Virus record (IMG/VR): IMGVR_UViG_3300037339_000150
Location: 1 to 55,841 of that record
DNA length: 55,841 bases
Source of the DNA: a virus
Lineage: Duplodnaviria > Caudoviricetes
Strand: one strand, 5' to 3'
Below the pieces are notes generated by a model. It was given only the letters and a program-made list of their open reading frames with translations, was not told the origin of the DNA and ran no database searches. Below are positions 54,315 to 55,841 of this stretch, in pieces (the first letter of the stretch is position 1; the number at the start of each line of letters is the position of its first letter). Both the position numbers and the translations under genes were made by a program.

Positions 54315-55133
54315 TCACTGGTCGCTGTAGTTTTCCCGCATCCCCTTCATGGCGATGCGCTTCATCCGCTCGCTCATTTCTCCCATCGGCTCCTCCGAGG
54401 CGACCTGCTCCGGGCCGAACGGAAGCTCGCATGTCGGGTCATAGCAGTCGTTCCATCGCTGGCGGATAGGGTGCCATTGGTGATAGACCGCGTAGGGTAG
54501 GGTGACAATCTCCCGTCCGGCGTCCACCTCGACCTGCCGCAACCAGCATTCGTCGCTCCCTACTCCTTCGTTGGCGGGGAATGCCAGCTTGTCGAATCGC
54601 TCCCATCCGCTACGCGTGTTGCTGGTGAATAGGATGTGGGCCTTCCACGCGGGCGACTCGCTATTCACCCCCTTGAAGGTGTTGGGCCAGCCGGAGAAGC
54701 CCACATTGTCGTGGAAGATGCCGCACTCGGTCCCCTTCCAGTCCACTTGGTCGATCTTCGCTGATGTCTCCCGGTTCAGGCAATAGACAGTGGCGGTACA
54801 CCGCTGGTCGCCTATCTGTGTGAGGAGCATGTCTTCGAGGGCGCGGGACGTGAAGATGAGGTCGCAGGAGCAGATAACAATGTAGTCGTGTTCGACGAGA
54901 GGCCACGCTTGGCGGACCGCCGTATTGATTGTGCGCCAGAGGGGGTTTCCCTCGCGGGACTCAATCAGTTGCTCGCCCGGTAGAAGCTCTAGGTCGCCGT
55001 TGCCGCCGTCGTTGATGACAATGAGTTGATCGGGCTTCCGAGTCTGCCTGCGCCAAGCGTCGAGGCATCGGACAACGTTCGCCCGATGGTAAAAGGCCGG
55101 GATGAGGACTGTCACCTTGCCGTTGTAGGGCAT
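54315..55133 (-). CDS. Glycosyltransferase family 2
   Basis: VTVLIPA...RQT...LIVINDGG...CD...GSDE...VYHQWH. Confidence 0.82.
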   Translation of the reverse strand: MPYNGKVTVLIPAFYHRANVVRCLDAWRRQTRKPDQLIVINDGGNGDLELLPGEQLIESREGNPLWRTINTAVRQAWPLVEHDYIVICSCDLIFTSRALEDMLLTQIGDQRCTATVYCLNRETSAKIDQVDWKGTECGIFHDNVGFSGWPNTFKGVNSESPAWKAHILFTSNTRSGWERFDKLAFPANEGVGSDECWLRQVEVDAGREIVTLPYAVYHQWHPIRQRWNDCYDPTCELPFGPEQVASEEPMGEMSERMKRIAMKGMRENYSDQ

Positions 55134-55142
55134 AGGCTCAGT

Positions 55143-55430
55143 CTATCCGCTGGCCGGGGGTTCCGCAAGCCCTTCTGCACCATGCGCAGGCCCCACAGGG
55201 CACCAATCCGGGGTAGTCGCTTCGGGCCAGATAGGGGATGGATGGCGGGGGCCAAGGGGATCGGCGTCCGGGTGGTGGCACAGGTACTCCCTGCCCCCGC
55301 AGAGGTGCAGGCGCTCGATGAAGTCCAGATGGCGGCAGAACAGGCAGGTAGCCTTGCCTTGGAAATAGGAGTGGCCGTTGTTCCCCGGCCTCTCCCGGAA
55401 GGTAGCCAGAACGCCTCTTTCGCTTCTCAT
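55143..55430 (-). CDS. Small Cys-rich hypothetical protein
   Basis: CLFCRH...CHHP...TPDWCP. Confidence 0.5.
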   Translation of the reverse strand: MRSERGVLATFRERPGNNGHSYFQGKATCLFCRHLDFIERLHLCGGREYLCHHPDADPLGPRHPSPIWPEATTPDWCPVGPAHGAEGLAEPPASG

Positions 55431-55473
55431 GGGATTCCCCGGATTTCCCCGGATTTCCCCGGATTCTCCCGGA
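55431..55473. repeat. 10-bp tandem repeat GGATTTCCCC-like, ~4 copies, intergenic
   Basis: gggattcccc ggatttcccc ggatttcccc ggattctccc gga. Confidence 0.8.
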
Positions 55474-55476
55474 CGC

Positions 55477-55841
55477 TCATCGGGTAAGCCCCTGAGCCAG
55501 CAAGTATGCGGCGAGGCACAGCCCGGCGAAGCACAGAGAGAACACGAAGCCCAGCGTCAGGCCCTCCGTCCTGCCCCGCTCGAAGCCCTTGCGCTCCTCC
55601 TTGCAGAGTTCGGCACTCAGGTCCACAGGCGGAGCCGGGGCGAGCTTCGGTCGCCGGGTTCGGTCGTCCCTCCCCAGCGCCAGCAACTCGACCTCCATCC
55701 CCGTCTGGTGGTCCTTCTCGGTGCCCACACACTTGACCCGGCCTTCGTCGATCAGTTCCTTGACCCGCGCCGTGATGGACGAGTGCATCATGTATTTCCC
55801 CAAGAGGCGGAACTCGGGCGAATCAAAGAACTTGAGGAGCC
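55477..55841 (-). CDS. Winged-helix-like protein with C-terminal TM segment (5' partial)
   Basis: Frame is open to the window edge; SITARVKELIDEGRVK..G...D..TG. Confidence 0.5.
   Translation of the reverse strand, partial: LLKFFDSPEFRLLGKYMMHSSITARVKELIDEGRVKCVGTEKDHQTGMEVELLALGRDDRTRRPKLAPAPPVDLSAELCKEERKGFERGRTEGLTLGFVFSLCFAGLCLAAYLLAQGLTR

Larger units (their letters stand above)
1..55841 (-). mobile_element. Segment of a large tailed bacteriophage (or prophage) genome: packaging and head module plus accessory genes
   Basis: Terminase, portal-MuF, HK97-type protease/scaffold and capsid genes in canonical order. Co-oriented overlapping genes; no bacterial housekeeping genes; no att site or integrase in the window. 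Confidence 0.95.

Noticed and set aside
21-55736. Many long plus-strand ORFs (e.g. 25941..27200, 13162..14241, 50409..51467)
   Set aside because: Antisense shadows of high-GC minus-strand genes, with no recognisable motifs or RBS coupling.
1-55841. Stop-codon reassignment, tRNA or rRNA genes
   Set aside because: TAG, TGA and TAA all end genes cleanly with coupled starts; no tRNA or rRNA structure recognised in the few gaps (not computationally scanned).

Overview
This window is a fragment of a large, GC-rich (roughly 62-65% by eye) tailed-phage genome. Essentially all real genes are on the minus strand and tightly translationally coupled. In transcription order (right to left) it carries: small accessory genes (GT2, GT87-like glycosyltransferase, three DNA methyltransferases, MazG, ASCH), small terminase, large terminase, a portal-MuF fusion, a ~30 kb block of large multidomain genes, prohead protease/scaffold, major capsid protein, a virion protein, a second near-identical major capsid protein, and two tandem GT2 paralogues. 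The main candidate novel system is the 30 kb block inside the head module. Thirteen ORFs carry 20 copies of one peptide tag, [VIT]-x-R|GG(P/A)GSGHxxHxG(R/I)(P/E)xxxGGS, often followed by xPxDFHS. Around the tags lie varied effector-like domains: ADP-ribosyltransferases, HExxH metallopeptidases, zeta kinase, 2H phosphoesterase, JAB, GNAT and DUF2958. The same [VIT]-x-R|small site occurs in both capsid proteins, the scaffold and the portal. I infer a protease-processed, tag-directed capsid cargo (injected effector) system. Two other strong signals: a strand-polarised DNA word TGGAAATC (~36 copies on +, ~1 on -, in all reading frames and in intergenic DNA), and the duplicated capsid gene. All domain calls come from recognising motifs by eye; no database searches were run.
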